Shown here piece after piece: positions 25,355 through 39,200 of a stretch of 64,000 bases of DNA. The translations under genes and the position numbers were made by a program. The notes under the pieces were generated by a model. It saw only the letters and a program-made list of their open reading frames with translations. It had not been told where the DNA came from and did no database searches. The first letter of the stretch is position 1. Each line of letters opens with the position of its first letter. Source of the stretch: Balanoglossus misakiensis (lineage: Eukaryota; Animalia; Hemichordata); NCBI GenBank assembly GCA_040954595.2, contig CM082595.2:5916137-5980136 (forward strand), in the 5' to 3' direction.

Positions 25355-28300
25355 CAAGGTACATAGGGTGAGATGGGAATGTTCACCGAGTTGGAGAATG
25401 TGTTTCGGTCATGTAAACATATTAAAAAGACAGAATAGATGTACATTTGCGTAGATTGCTCAGAAAACACACATTCCTGAAACATTTGCCGAACACACCC
25501 AGACTCCACATTGCAGTTTCAACATGTCGGAATGCATTGTTGATGTTTTAATGACACAACTTTAATCCAAATGCGAAATGAATCTCAGGAGGATCATAGG
25601 ACAGTATTTGACAATTACCAGCAGAAGAGTTAGTTGACCTCTCTAAAGTACAAAATGTGTAAATTTGCTTTCTTTCTGTCCTAGTCTAGTCTGTTTGGAT
25701 GCGTTTATGTTATTCAGGTGATTCAAAGAGCCCCGCATCAATAGATAACATCCTGTTATTACTTCTCAAATATGCTGAAATTAGTGTTGTTGCCTAAGTA
25801 TCCATCTGTATTGCCATTTACAAAGAACAGCTAATATGTGCAAATTTTGTGTTAGGTGCACTGTCTTAAACTGTATCATTCACCTTGTTTCTACCAAGAC
25901 TGAACCGACAGTTTATTAATGGCCTTCGCTGTGTACTACCGGTAAATGTGCAGTTGTCCGGTGCAGTTTACAAATACCACTAGTACTGTACAAGTTGTGC
26001 TGGTCAGCATATGAACTGTTGTACTGTTAATTCGTCTCAGATAGCGATATGTCTTAGTTTTTTCGAATTGACAGTTTTACTTTTTGTTTTGTTTCAACAT
26101 CGTGTGATAATTAAACAATTTCTCTTGTCCAAAGCTGATCCCTAAATTGAAGAAACTGGGCATGTATTCTATCTGCCAGAGTCTCTTTTGACAGCGCACA
26201 AATAGCGATGCAATATGTGACACCAGATCCTTCAGAAAAAACTATCACCTGTCACGGGGTTATAAAATGCAATCTCAACCTGTGTGGTTTGTGTATATAT
26301 TACGTCAATGCCGGGCGCAGTGTTGTGTCTGCACTGTCTGAAACCTTTATTGATCAAGAAGTTGTCGTTAGAGTAAAGTGTATCTCGCAATTACCTTCAG
26401 AACCAAACCCGATGATGAGCGCATTGATCGTTTACAATCAGTGAATTACCCATCCTGACTTTTCTAGGATTAAATGGTAATTCGCAGAAGTTCTGAAAAC
26501 AGCGCTAAATTGATCACAGGGTCCGACTGTATCTTCTCGTAGACGAGACTTAATCACATTCGCGTGGGTTTTCGCGAATGATTACAGAGTCTTATATCCC
26601 GACTTGCGATGTTTATCGGTGATGATAATTAAGTGAAGCATGTGCCGTGTGAATTAACTGTCGATAATAATTTTATTACTTGTCTGTGGGCGACTGCTTA
26701 AACGTAAACAAACCAACCAGCATTCGATAAGAGAAGACGATCGAAGGATCATTTGATATATGGTGTTATTTTTTAAAATAAACAATTAGTAGGTGTAACT
26801 TTGTGTAAATTTTGTACTGTGTGTGCTTCAAGCCATAATTCTCACTATTACCACTACCATTATAGCAAAATCAAAACTTTATCGGCTTTGGTTTGAAGAA
26901 AGATTCCAAAATGATGCGGCCTATGAATTGACATACATTTCAGTTTTCACGTCGTGTCGTGTCTTCTGACAGACAGATGACACAACAGATACCAGCCTGG
27001 AAAGGGGATAATTTCTTCATCTAAAGGGTCTTTGGGTAATAATTATAATGATGATAGACATGTTGAATGTGCATATAAGGGAACTCATTGAGGCGAAGTT
27101 GACACATAATTAATATAGTGTAACTTAGGATTTCATATTGAAATATCAGAATTATTGACTGGCATGTGTTACTATACCATTGATGACTGACATTGATGTG
27201 TGATGATTTATGATAACGTTTTATTAAAGCCCTCATGTCAACAGCGGAATGCTTGATGGAAACGGTTTAGCTATGTTGCTACCACCAGGACAAAAGAACA
27301 TACGCTTTCCTCCAAATAAATCTTTTGTGGCATTCCCTTCACCCAGGAGACAAGTGTCAGTATAAAACAAGTTCTAGGTAACGGTGCAGTGGCCTTGTGC
27401 GTGTTAGCTGTATTATTTCAGGTTACTTTATTTTGTGACACACGCCTTTGGCATAAATAAGATACAGTAAACGCAAACGAGAGAACACTACCCCAGGACA
27501 GCTTTTAAAACCCTTAACGTGCCACTATAAACGTCTCTTGCCGACACAGCTGTCATTTCATTGTTTCACGAATTCGATTTTGTAGCACTTCACAGGAAAC
27601 ACTATATTTACGAATCCGTTTTTCTTCGTGCTTCGGAAATGCCTATTGCTAAAATAACTGAAACTTCTCAAGGGGTTCTTTATGAGCTAAAGCAATACGT
27701 GACACTCGACCCTTCTTGGTGTTCTGCCCTGCGTATATTAACTGTGAGAATGTGCGATCAACACTCATAATTGTGTTTTCATTGGTATGGGCGATGTGAT
27801 CAAAGTCTCAACTGTAGTATGCATTTTGTTGTTCCAAAAGGTAGATCAATATTTTCTGCCAACCATGATAACAGGGAATTCTTTGTACCTACTTGTCAGC
27901 AGAATTAAGTTTATCTAACGCTTGGCTGCAAATAAGACGTACCCTTAAAACCAGTCTTCATTACATTGGAAAGCTACAGAAGTGGGGTCTTTAATACATA
28001 TAAGGTTACGTTCCTGCCTGTAGAATAAATAAACTTAATCCTGCCAGAAATTGATTAAACTCTCCAAATCTTTCACGACGAAAAGTGTAACGACATGCAA
28101 ACATATAGGGTTACATGGGGGTAGTCAGTCAATTAAGACAAGAGCGGAAGAATTGGAAGCTGAGACACCTGCTTCATGTTGGCGAGGTTTATTGGAGTTG
28201 AAGTGTATACATACCCTGGGAGTTGAAGAATAGATTATTGTAGTTTGAGATTCGCTGTCCTTAGATTCTCACTGCGTCCTTCAAAGTTTCAGAGTTTTGC

Positions 28301-31300
28301 TCTGCAGTATAGCTTTGGGTTCACAGTCGATTTACTAAGAATGTGTTACGTGAGTTTCAGATGTAACTACCCTGCAAACTCTCCTTGTCAGTCCTTCATT
28401 TTCACAAGGCATTGCAGAAGAATTTTGTCCTCTGCACCATCAGCCACCTTTTTTTTCTCTACAAAAATATCCTCCGCCCCCTCCCCAGAAATCAAATGGT
28501 TCTCCCCTTACCACACGACACAACTCCAACAGGTATAACGCCGTCAGAGATAACGTTAACCATACCGCTTGTGCAATCCAATCACATTCGTCTCCTCGAT
28601 GAGAGCATAATAGAACCACTGTTGAGGGAAGATTGTCGACTTCAGGATTGAGTATTAACATCACGCTGACATTTCAACTTAATGGCGTAGAAAACCTGTA
28701 GCGAAGCCAATAGTTTGCCACACGGAGAAACATGTTCACATAGATGATACATTCTGATACTGATGCACAGAATGATTGAAATCTGCGTTGCAAGTACTTA
28801 ACACACATATCATACTTTCAGAATACTTTATCGGGGTGGGGGTGGGGGGGGGGCTTGCTCACATTTTCTATATTGTAAAACATACATCCTTTACCATACT
28901 TATAAAAACATATGAAACTGACAGTTTTATGTTTCATAATAAACGAGTATAAACACAACCATAATGTTGAATAACTTAGAACTTGAAAGAGTAAGAAATC
29001 AAAACCAATCAGTATAAATTTACATATACATGTAAAACCGATAAACAGCAAGCAATTGGTATAGTTTTCTAATAATTATTTTCTGTAATTAATACGGAGT
29101 CTCGAATTTCTATCTAACACTATATGAACTTCCACTGTGGACAATGTTATGGTTACATGTTGTGCAAATGTTTCTGATGGAATAATTTGTACAATCCTAG
29201 CTTTCGAGCTGAAATTTGTATGACGCAGGATTTTTCGGCACAGCTTTAGTTAGACTTTAGTCTTTCCCGAATCAATATCAATAAACTTCATTTATGAGCC
29301 CATCTAATGTGTTTGTTTGAGTCCTTTTGACCTTTCCAAATGGTACAAGCGATTTTGAGCATTTTATCGCAGCCTGCTACTTGTAATGCATAGTGGACAC
29401 TGACTTTGTCATCCCCATGGGCAATGCTCTAATCTCGAAATATCTTACTCGACTCTAAGGCGGTAAAATGATACAATAGAACACGTTTTTTCTATTTTGT
29501 CTTTGAACATAGACGACAGACATTTCATTCTGACTTGCCACGAATCTCTAAAATCATATCAGGAAATCACTAAAGGGAGGCCGACAGTAAAATGTGACAA
29601 AAGTCTTATGACGTACATCTGCACTCACTGTTCTTTTAACGCATTTTCCCGCGCATTTCTGTGTTATTGTGTCGGTCCCAGGCATTGCTATTTGACAGGA
29701 AGTGAAGTCAGTGCGCATTTCCATACCACCCATCAATTCTTTTCCGAATCGTGCAAAGCCGGACACGAACGAAATACTCGAATTCCTGAGATGCGTACTG
29801 GGAGAGGCAGTGTATCAGGCACGTTACCCTGGCAACGAAGAGTACACGCAGTCTGAAATTATCATTTCACGACCTGTCAAATTTTCTAGACCAATTACAC
29901 ATCAAAGTAAACATTGCTGTAACGGGGTGGTCTGCTATTCACAGTTTAACAATCCATGCCGCAATCGAAAGAAATTATTGTCTATAGTGGATTATTATGA
30001 AGTTGCATAAAACGTGCTTTGTGTACCACTGGAACAAAATATATCACGGATGATACTGTAAAACTATGTTCCAGTATTTTCAGTGTTATTTTCTCGTCAC
30101 AAGGCCCGAACCACACACATTTCATACTGATATAGCTCAAAATGATCCATTTCCTCTCGTAGACCGTGGCTGATTGATTTAAGCACCGCCAGTGAGCAAC
30201 AGACACACCACAGGTTGCATTCGAATTTACCGGCGGCGTCTGTTTCAAACACCAAAGGCGAATACATAGTGATATTGCAAATGGTGGTTATGTCATTTCT
30301 CTGCCATAAACACTCACTGCAAGAAACCTGTAATTTTACAGTATGTTCACGTCGACTACATTTCAGATCAGCATGTTGTTGCTCTCCATGGCAAGGTATT
30401 TCAGTAGTAGCCCATTGCCAAAATTAAACGAAAACTGTTAGGGTGATATTTTACATATGTGTTGTGCTGACAATCTATGTCTGCTCAATTGTGGCTAGGA
30501 AAAATCTTCCAGATTAATGGAATACTAATAATAAAACCTTCTGTTGCATAAGTGTTACATGTTTCAACAAGGCGTAGGTATTGAGAAAGGCGTTTTTGAA
30601 GGAGTTGTCTTCATATTTCCTCATCTCAAGATGTATGACGACACAGTTGTAAAAATGTCAATGGACCCCATTTCTGTCAGAAACGGTCGTCCATGAGAAG
30701 AAGCCACAGCAATTGCAGATTAAAAGTACATTCGTAGAAGCTCTGTCATCATTAGTGTGCATCTCAATGCACTTGAAGCATATTGAAGATTAGTGTAAAG
30801 TATCGAAGAATGACGATATGTAGCCTATAAGAGCAAGCATAGACTCATCAATGTTACCCGATTCCCTTTCCATTTTGAAAATTTCCCCTACCTAATGGTC
30901 GAATTGTTAGTGTTTCCTGAGTACGAATCATTCCAGGTAGTCCTGGCTAGAGTATATGAATGTCAGACGTCAGATTAACTTTGCAAATTTTGACGTGCGC
31001 AATTAAGCCCCCAAAATAAATTCAATACGTTAATATTAGCCGAATGTAAATGTTTAATTTCCATTTAATCTGTAATACTGCTATCACACAATTTTCGAAT
31101 GCACTGTGAAGTGAAAATTATGAATTTTATACTCTCTGTAATCCGCTTGCTTCGATTATGTAGTCGATAAGGTATAGAATTATTTTGACGGCATATGTTG
31201 GCGGGAATATCGAACAAGTTAACTCTGCAATGGAAGGCGATTTTGAGAAAACCGACACAAACAAATAAACAATTGACAGCAGAGCGCATCTATTCCCAGA

Positions 31301-34300
31301 AATTCTGATCGTAGATCACAAAGTATGGTAAAATGAGGCGTACAATTCCTGTACTGATTAGCATGGAAATCTTGATACAACAAATTTTATTGCATGATTA
31401 TTGTGTCAGATGTTAGTGTAGTTTTAATTTGTTGATATTGAAAGATGTGCAGCTTCAAACAGAGTGCTGGCATATCTAAGTTTGGGGACAGCTAAGTCGT
31501 GATATATAGGAACATGGTAAAGAAGTACCCGGCCATTGACGTCATCGCTTTAAGTATGTGATAAAAGAAGTAGAAATGCGAAATACACAGAAGTGTTTTG
31601 GGTACTCATCATAATATAATATGGAGTCCCCTGTCGACAACATCCTTCAGCCTGGGCCGTAAATGCAGCACTACAGTTGCAATTAGCACTGTCATAAAAC
31701 TCGTGAATTTTTCAATACACTGGGTATATTGCAGTGGAGATTTCTGCTGATAATTTTTGGAATTTATGAGAGTAAACACTCACGCCGGTTTAATCTACAC
31801 TGAAATCCATCGAGCTACTTTTAAGACTGCAGTCACGCGTTGTGTGCAGATGCACGCAGTAAAATGTGTCACAGGCTTACAACGGACGGCGTCGTGACAT
31901 CTCATGTATTGTAAGAGTAATAACTGTCGCAGTTCTTTTTACATGACCATTTTCAAGAGACTCGCACTGCCCAATATTATACTCTCTTCATAAACCATCT
32001 GAAACAGGGTGGTAGGTTTTACATCAGGCATAACACTTGCCACACTTTGCCCTTTTATAAGAGTAGAACCAATATTTCTTTAATGCATAAGGTCTACTCT
32101 AATTTACATATGCCTATATATGGTTAAAACACCTTTCTATGTCTTCGAATGACAATGACGCACTTGTTTTCAAATGTGCCACCTACCAAAATAAGAGATT
32201 GGCTATATTTGAATTTTCCTTGGTAACAGTGGTTAAATTTGCATAGGTGACCGCATACAGTTAAACTCACACATATCCACGCAGTCTTGGCCATTGTCTA
32301 GACTACAGGTTGCCTGTCGGTGAAGTACTTAGTGGTCCCATAATTCCCTTTATATAAGGGTCTGTTTAACGAACTTTACTACAGATACAGTACGTGGAAG
32401 GAAATGTTTAATTAAGTTGACCCAAATACCTTCAAATCTTCAAGGCAAGCATCAGAGCTTCAAAACTCAAACGAGTATCAAAACCATCGTTTCTTCACAG
32501 AAATTTTTAGACATATCCATATATGGTAGTTGAGTAACCTTATAGCAAGGAGTTATTCTGCATCATCTTTTCAAAACCTGAAAATGTGGGAGAAAAACAA
32601 CACTGAGGTGCTTTCAGTGAGCAGCATATAACTTCCTGGCAGAGACACGGTATACTTTAACTATTACAAATTGATGATCACCCGATCGGTTGCCGGGGTA
32701 ATTGACACTGGTTCGATTACGATTTCCTGAAGGCTAACGAATTGCCCATGTATCGACTTACTCCTGATAGAACCTTAATGAGATAGATCAAAGATGTTCA
32801 ATATCAATTTGTCGTTCGTCAGAAAGCAAGAAATCCGGGTGGACCTCATTGTTGAGTACAGGGTTTCCTGGCATGCCATGCACTGTACTGATTTAACTGT
32901 CATGGCAACAAAACAAGTTACCAACAGAGAGGTTTTGTGTAGTCTCCATTATGTTGTTTTTTTTCAGTGAAATGTAAATTATATTCAGTGGATGACTTAA
33001 TAACCACGATTAGTTCTAATTTTGCTACATTTGAGGAAGTTATGATAATATCAAGATTTTGGGATCCGACACAAACTGGCATGAATGCGTTTAAGATGAT
33101 GAGAACAATATATGCGAATAGTCTGTACCATGCAACTTATTTTCAATATTGTTTAGCACTAAATAAGCAAATGCCCATATTCTTTCTGGGAGACATTACA
33201 GCAATTGTCGTCACATGATATTTTTAATCACCACTGTAAACTAAAACCTCATCCAACACCTTGTTGATATTACTTGAATATCATAATTTAGGACTCTTTT
33301 AAAAACAGTGTATTATCTTCAAATGTTTGCTTTCAGGAATTAAAATCAACCAAGTCCTATCATTGCAGGAAATGGGTCGTAGAAACCCCAGTTTTATGAA
33401 TAAAATAAATACATCTGTTAACCGATATTGCGATAATGTTTCCTTTTAATCTTGTATGGCAATTATATATTCATAGCTATTTTTGTAGATAAATTGCATT
33501 TTCAACTGAGTGTATTTAATCCTGTGAAAGGTAACATTGTGAGGGGATCACCCACAAATGATTGGCAATTCGATCAACGTACACATCTGTGATGTGGCCA
33601 CAGGAGACGGTACAGACTTTGTTTTAAAATATGTGTCTCCCGGCCAGTCAAGTGCTTCCCTGCATTAAACATAGCCACATGTGGCGCAGCGTCGTTTTAT
33701 TTGTCTCTCCGAGTGCCTGAAGTAGTTCAGGCAATAAAAGTCCCGTTTAAAAATGCAATGTTAGCCGTTACTGTCCTTAATTGGATTTCTGTGTATCTGG
33801 CCATCCGTAGTAAGGTACACAGCCGTTGCACTATTCCGATACTGTTTAAGTGTAGCTCGGACTTACACATCATTTGTTTAGAACTCTGTCTTCATCCCAC
33901 GCAGTTTGCGGGTTTCGTTAGGTCAGCAGGTCTGCGGATAAGTTTGTTTCATATATCCCGCAAGTAAAGCCTGTCTTTTATTGTAACAGCGTGATACTGT
34001 TGAAGGTAATCACAAAAGCCCAGGATAATTCAAATTTTTATGTCCGATCATTTCACAAATGTAAATTATGCTTCATATCGTTATTGGGGATGTAGTAAAA
34101 GTCCTCGGTCAGTGATCTTGACATGAATCTACTCTATGATATATCGGACTACTATATTACAACCCACTTCAATAGTTTCCGAACACACTTATATGTAAAT
34201 TCACAGAATTACGATTACATTAAAGTCATGAGTTACATAAATGTCCACGCACTAGAAATATTTCACGCAGCCCTTTGTAACTCAAGCTGTTTTGTTATAT

Positions 34301-36139
34301 CTCAGGATCTGCTCATTGCCTCATATGAAAACACTAAAGAAAAAATATAGAGTATTCAGTTTTAAGTTTTGGTGTTTATTGTCGTTGTGTGTATGCCAAG
34401 TGTCACAACATACATTATTAAGGCTTTCTGGGTTTAATAGACAACAATGATGATATCGGTAAATGTTGGTATGGTTTAAAGAAAGAAATACACAAGAAGA
34501 GTGGTACCACACTGCAGGTATTGCCGTTGCCTTTGCTTCATGTCCTATTTGTTCTGTTTTCAACCTTAGTCATTTGTGTTGTGCTTATAACCCATACTAC
34601 TCAAGCAGCCGAGTTTCACCATTGGGAGCACATACTGTAGTTGGACTGACCCTGTTTTACTGAAAAATAACTCATATACTTATAAGTTCACTAAGCATGC
34701 TCACATACACATCAGGGCCATACACTTCATTCACTTCAGTGGCACCATTGGATCCATGGGAATGTTCTAAATAAACTGTATGGAACGTCAGATGGTGCAG
34801 TGAAAGCTCTCTTTACAGCCGGCGTGACACGTTGTAAAAACACCCGGATTGGCACATCCTAATCTGTACAGAGTTTCCAAGCCCTTCACCCTCATGACGT
34901 ATTCCTGTAACAGGTGTATACAGGTCTCTGTAGGCAAAGTACGTCACATGCATTTGAACAAGAGGAGCGAACAGTGACTATACAAAACTGTATGAGCATA
35001 CCTACGTACATTGCTATGGTATCGTGCATTGATGTAGTACATGACTATGTTCGTCGCTGTACATGTGAGCTTGGGTATGTTATTGTCACCATATTTTGCA
35101 CATATACTGTCCAGTTGTACTCTTATTGCATATGTGGGTTTTGTATCGCACACAATCCCAACCGCCCATTGTTGCTTCATCTATAACTGTCAGTGTAGAC
35201 CCTTTGGGTGCCTATTAGCTCTACTTTCACCCATAGTAAATGTATCTATTTTCGAATAATTACATGTGTCGACAATGCAGGACTTGAACCAGCATTTTTA
35301 TATCAAGGGACGATGTGTAAATTTACGCTTGTAAAGATCAATTACACTTTTGAATATCATTAAAGTTATAACGAGCTCACTCGTACATATCATCCAACCA
35401 GTGCTTGTGAAAAATTCACATTTTCATGTGAAAAATTTACATTTTCCTGTTTCTTTACTTCCCATTTCCCGCGTTAATAAGGCCTTTAAATGAACACACA
35501 ATTTCCTTATACCATATGCCCTGCATCACATATAGCACTGCAAATGTCACTTGTCTGTGTGAGAAGCTTCAACCAACGAATGAATTACCTGGTATAGGAC
35601 CAACAGATTGTCGCAGAACACAATTTTAAACCGATCACCGAGACATACCAGCAAATTTGAAAGTTCCCAGGCAATATCCGCGTGACAAACAATATCAATT
35701 GATTGTGCAGGGCGTCACCAGAAAACAAATCAATAAAAATTACTCCGAGAATATCCATTTGGTATAATTAATTATATTCGATGTCTGTCTGGTACAGGCA
35801 TGGTCCCATGATTTAGTCATTGTTGACAGAGGGAAAAACACATGTCTGCGCCAATATCATAAAATGCCTTCTCCGACGCGCAGAACACGCGCCAATCCAA
35901 CAGCAGGCGCTCTGTCACGTGACCCGCAGTTTATTTATTTCCAGAGGTTTACACTGTACCATGATTTGAAAGCTGATCATTTCCTTGGTCGTCATCTGCA
36001 TGCGATCAGTTCACCCGCGCTTGCATCGCAGTTACAGCCGGCTCACAGAATCAACTCCAGTGCCTGTTTCCCGAAAATAGCTTGCCTACCTTACCCCATC
36101 GCAGGACAAAATGTGCAATGGACACCTTGATGGCATCCT

Positions 36140-36263
36140 ATGACTGGAGGAATGAACTTTGCCAATTGGCGACGTGGTGAATTTAACCGTCTCCGAACCG
36201 AGACACCATCCGCACGGGACATGTTCTCCGTACTAATTTTTGTATTAACCAGCATAGCAACAG
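36140..36263 (+). CDS. nAChR alpha exon 1 (signal peptide; start codon at 36140, 36152 or 36221)
   Basis: In-frame stop at 36128, then [42 protein letters not shown]|gtaaaa. The hydrophobic core and phase-1 donor match exon 2. Confidence 0.65.
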
Positions 36264-39200
36264 GTAAAACGACTACTATTCACTAGGCAGCTATATGCCA
36301 CTCCGCACATGAGAAATATTACCTTATGTCAAGTTTCTGTTGAATTTAACACTATAGTGTACTACAATTGTTACTGATAGTGTAAACTTTAATATCAGTT
36401 CCCATAGTGTTCAGACCGAGACCCATACCCAGATTAATACTGGCGGGATGCGCTCTGGATATTGATTCCGCAAGTATGTGATTTTCTAAATTGTGCACAG
36501 TTTGCCCACACATGCCTGGTTTCTCTCTGATTGAGATAGTTTGGATGCCTGCAGAGGCATAGTGCCCGTATAAACAAACGCCGGTCTACAACACCAGTAA
36601 TGACCCAATTATATAGTGTAGTGGTATATTGACTCGTGTAACAGCTTGTCAAGCGGCGACGCTAGGAAATATTGTTGGTTACATCAAAGAAATTCCTCAC
36701 CCTCTATTCAGTGTCATTTTATCGTGTTTTTCGTGAGTCTCCCGTGTGCAATTTGATTTGTTTGATTTCAGCGGTTACGCTTCAATAACACACACGACCT
36801 TTATTATATTTCTATGCGATGCCGCGTTGTGTTCATAACTTTTTATACTTAAAAAATCACTGAATTGATTTGCAATGTGTGTCTTTCTGTGCTATCTCAA
36901 ACTGTGTAATCCCAAAATATGACTGCAAAATTCTACAACGGCTACAAGCTCGACTTGGTCTCTGCTTATTCCGCTGTGCAGTGTAATAACAACAATCAAG
37001 ATAGTATTTTATGGGTGCTACGTCATGCTTGGGGAGTCATGTGTGACAGTGCGCCTTTCCCCCTTCCACATACATTGTTAATTTATGACTTTCGTAACGT
37101 AAGAACACCGAATATATTTCCCTAATCTCTACTGTACATCAAAGATAAGGTGTGTGAGCACCGCAACCCAGCTGTAAAATTGCCCGCATAACACGGTAAT
37201 TGAAATCGGTCTGATGCATTCGCATATTAATGCTATTTTTAGACAGATTAGACTGCACTGAAACAGCCATGGAAGATGACAAAATTACTCACATGACTGG
37301 AATGTGTTGCTTTTGAGGCTCCGACAAAATCGTGTCACCGAATATTGTTGACAAGATGCGAAGGATTAGCTTATCGCCAGATTCTTACTTTCAGCCACCA
37401 TTCCTCTCTAAGTGAACCGTTATGTACCATAAATTATTAATTTCTTCTTACATAAATTTTAGTCTTCAAAGGCAATGCAATTCTTTTTCTGTCCCAAAGA
37501 CATGGAAATTTTCTGAAACTTTACCAGTTATGGTGTTCTGAAACAGGTGAAGAATTTGGCAATAATGTGCTACTAGTGCCATCAAAAAACACTTGGCTGA
37601 ACACTTAGCGTGTATATTTGATGGTACATATGGAGACACATTCGTCTCGTTGTACTATTAAAGTCATTAAAATATGCAAAATAGTAGAAGTGAACGTCCT
37701 TCGTAAGGGATCAAACCATGACGCACTGTTCATGAGTATAAACATGTCAAGATATAGTTGACTTTTACTTTTTTCATAATTGTACAAAACAAACCAATGT
37801 TGGGGCTCAGTTGTTGACTTTATAAGTCGAGTTGAAAGTCGATCTCTATATAAATCAGCATGCTGTTTGCTGACTGTTGTTCCTAATATCCAGTTTGATG
37901 ATAAGTCGCGCGCGCACACCTGGAGCTGTGTTTGTTTTGTGGGGCATTCAATCGGAGACTTAATTAAGAACAGCGAGGGGACGGCAACCTTGCGGAGAAA
38001 GGCAGAAATTGGCGAATTGGCGGATGGTGATATTTTAATTGGAACCTGCCTGCGCATACGGCGTGGCATCCTTCACAGGCAGTTGTTTTCAACCGGGACC
38101 TGCATGCGCGAAGTGGGCAGTGATAGAGTCGCGGAAAGGCAAATGGTCATGGACATAGAACACTGACATCTTCCCGATTCACTTGGCTTCACTGATGACT
38201 TTAACTAAGTGCTCCTGCACGCTATTCAATTTCCATTAGGAGGGTCGACGTAAAACCATCATGCAGGAAACTAAGTTTGAACAATCCCTGATTCCACTCA
38301 AGCTTTCTATACTGTGTCAATGATTTAATGAATGGCTGTGTGCGTTCTGAAAAGGTCAGACTTAAGTGTACTATCTCTATTGTAACATACACACACACAC
38401 AAAACATACACACACAGACAGACACACACACACACGCACGCACACACACATGTGTATCCTAAGTGTATCTCTATTGTAACGTACATACACAGATACACAC
38501 ACACAGACACACACACACATATATACCGGTATGTTTATACCGGTATATACATGTATGTATAATTCCTTGCCTACGAGACCTTGCAAAGCTACGTCTACTT
38601 AGAAAAGGCAACATACATAGCCTTATAGTTAGCATAATGCCCAGACAATGGTTTATTGTGTACATTAAACGGATTATTCTTGCTCTGGTTAAGCTGCCTG
38701 TGTTTTATGAATACTTAAAGCACGACGCGATCTCATCTAACCTGGCCCAAAATGCTGGGTGCAAATATAACCCTCTTAACTCAGGGTCTGCTCACGAAGC
38801 GAAAAGTACTAAAACTGTGTAACACATGTTCAGGGATATTTGTTTGAAGTTTACCTAACTTAAAATAACTAATACACTCAAGAGTCCATGGACGTTGATC
38901 TTTACAAGTGGCCATTATGATTTATGCATTCTTATATTCTTTCCAATACACGTACTGCGACTTTATGGTTTCAGTGGAAATCACAGGGATGATCAACGCC
39001 CGATATGGACTCTTCGTCTAGAGAGAGAGCTGTACGGCAACCAGTATGCTTGCGGGCCGCATCACACCAGTCTAAGACAAGTGTGTCGATGCCCGAAACT
39101 CTGTGCGTTTATTCATAAGTCAATGCCTGTTTCTTTTCACAAAACTCTTTGCACAACTAATGACTAACTTTATATTGCACTACATTTTCATTTATCCTCC

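Noticed and set aside
28470-28510. Possible PIF/Harbinger MITE end (aaatcaaatggttctcccc-tta)
   Set aside because: Only one terminus was found, so the element cannot be delimited from this window.
29823-29836. RFX X-box-like palindrome gttaccctggcaac
   Set aside because: No adjacent gene start identified; similar half-sites occur inside repeats here.
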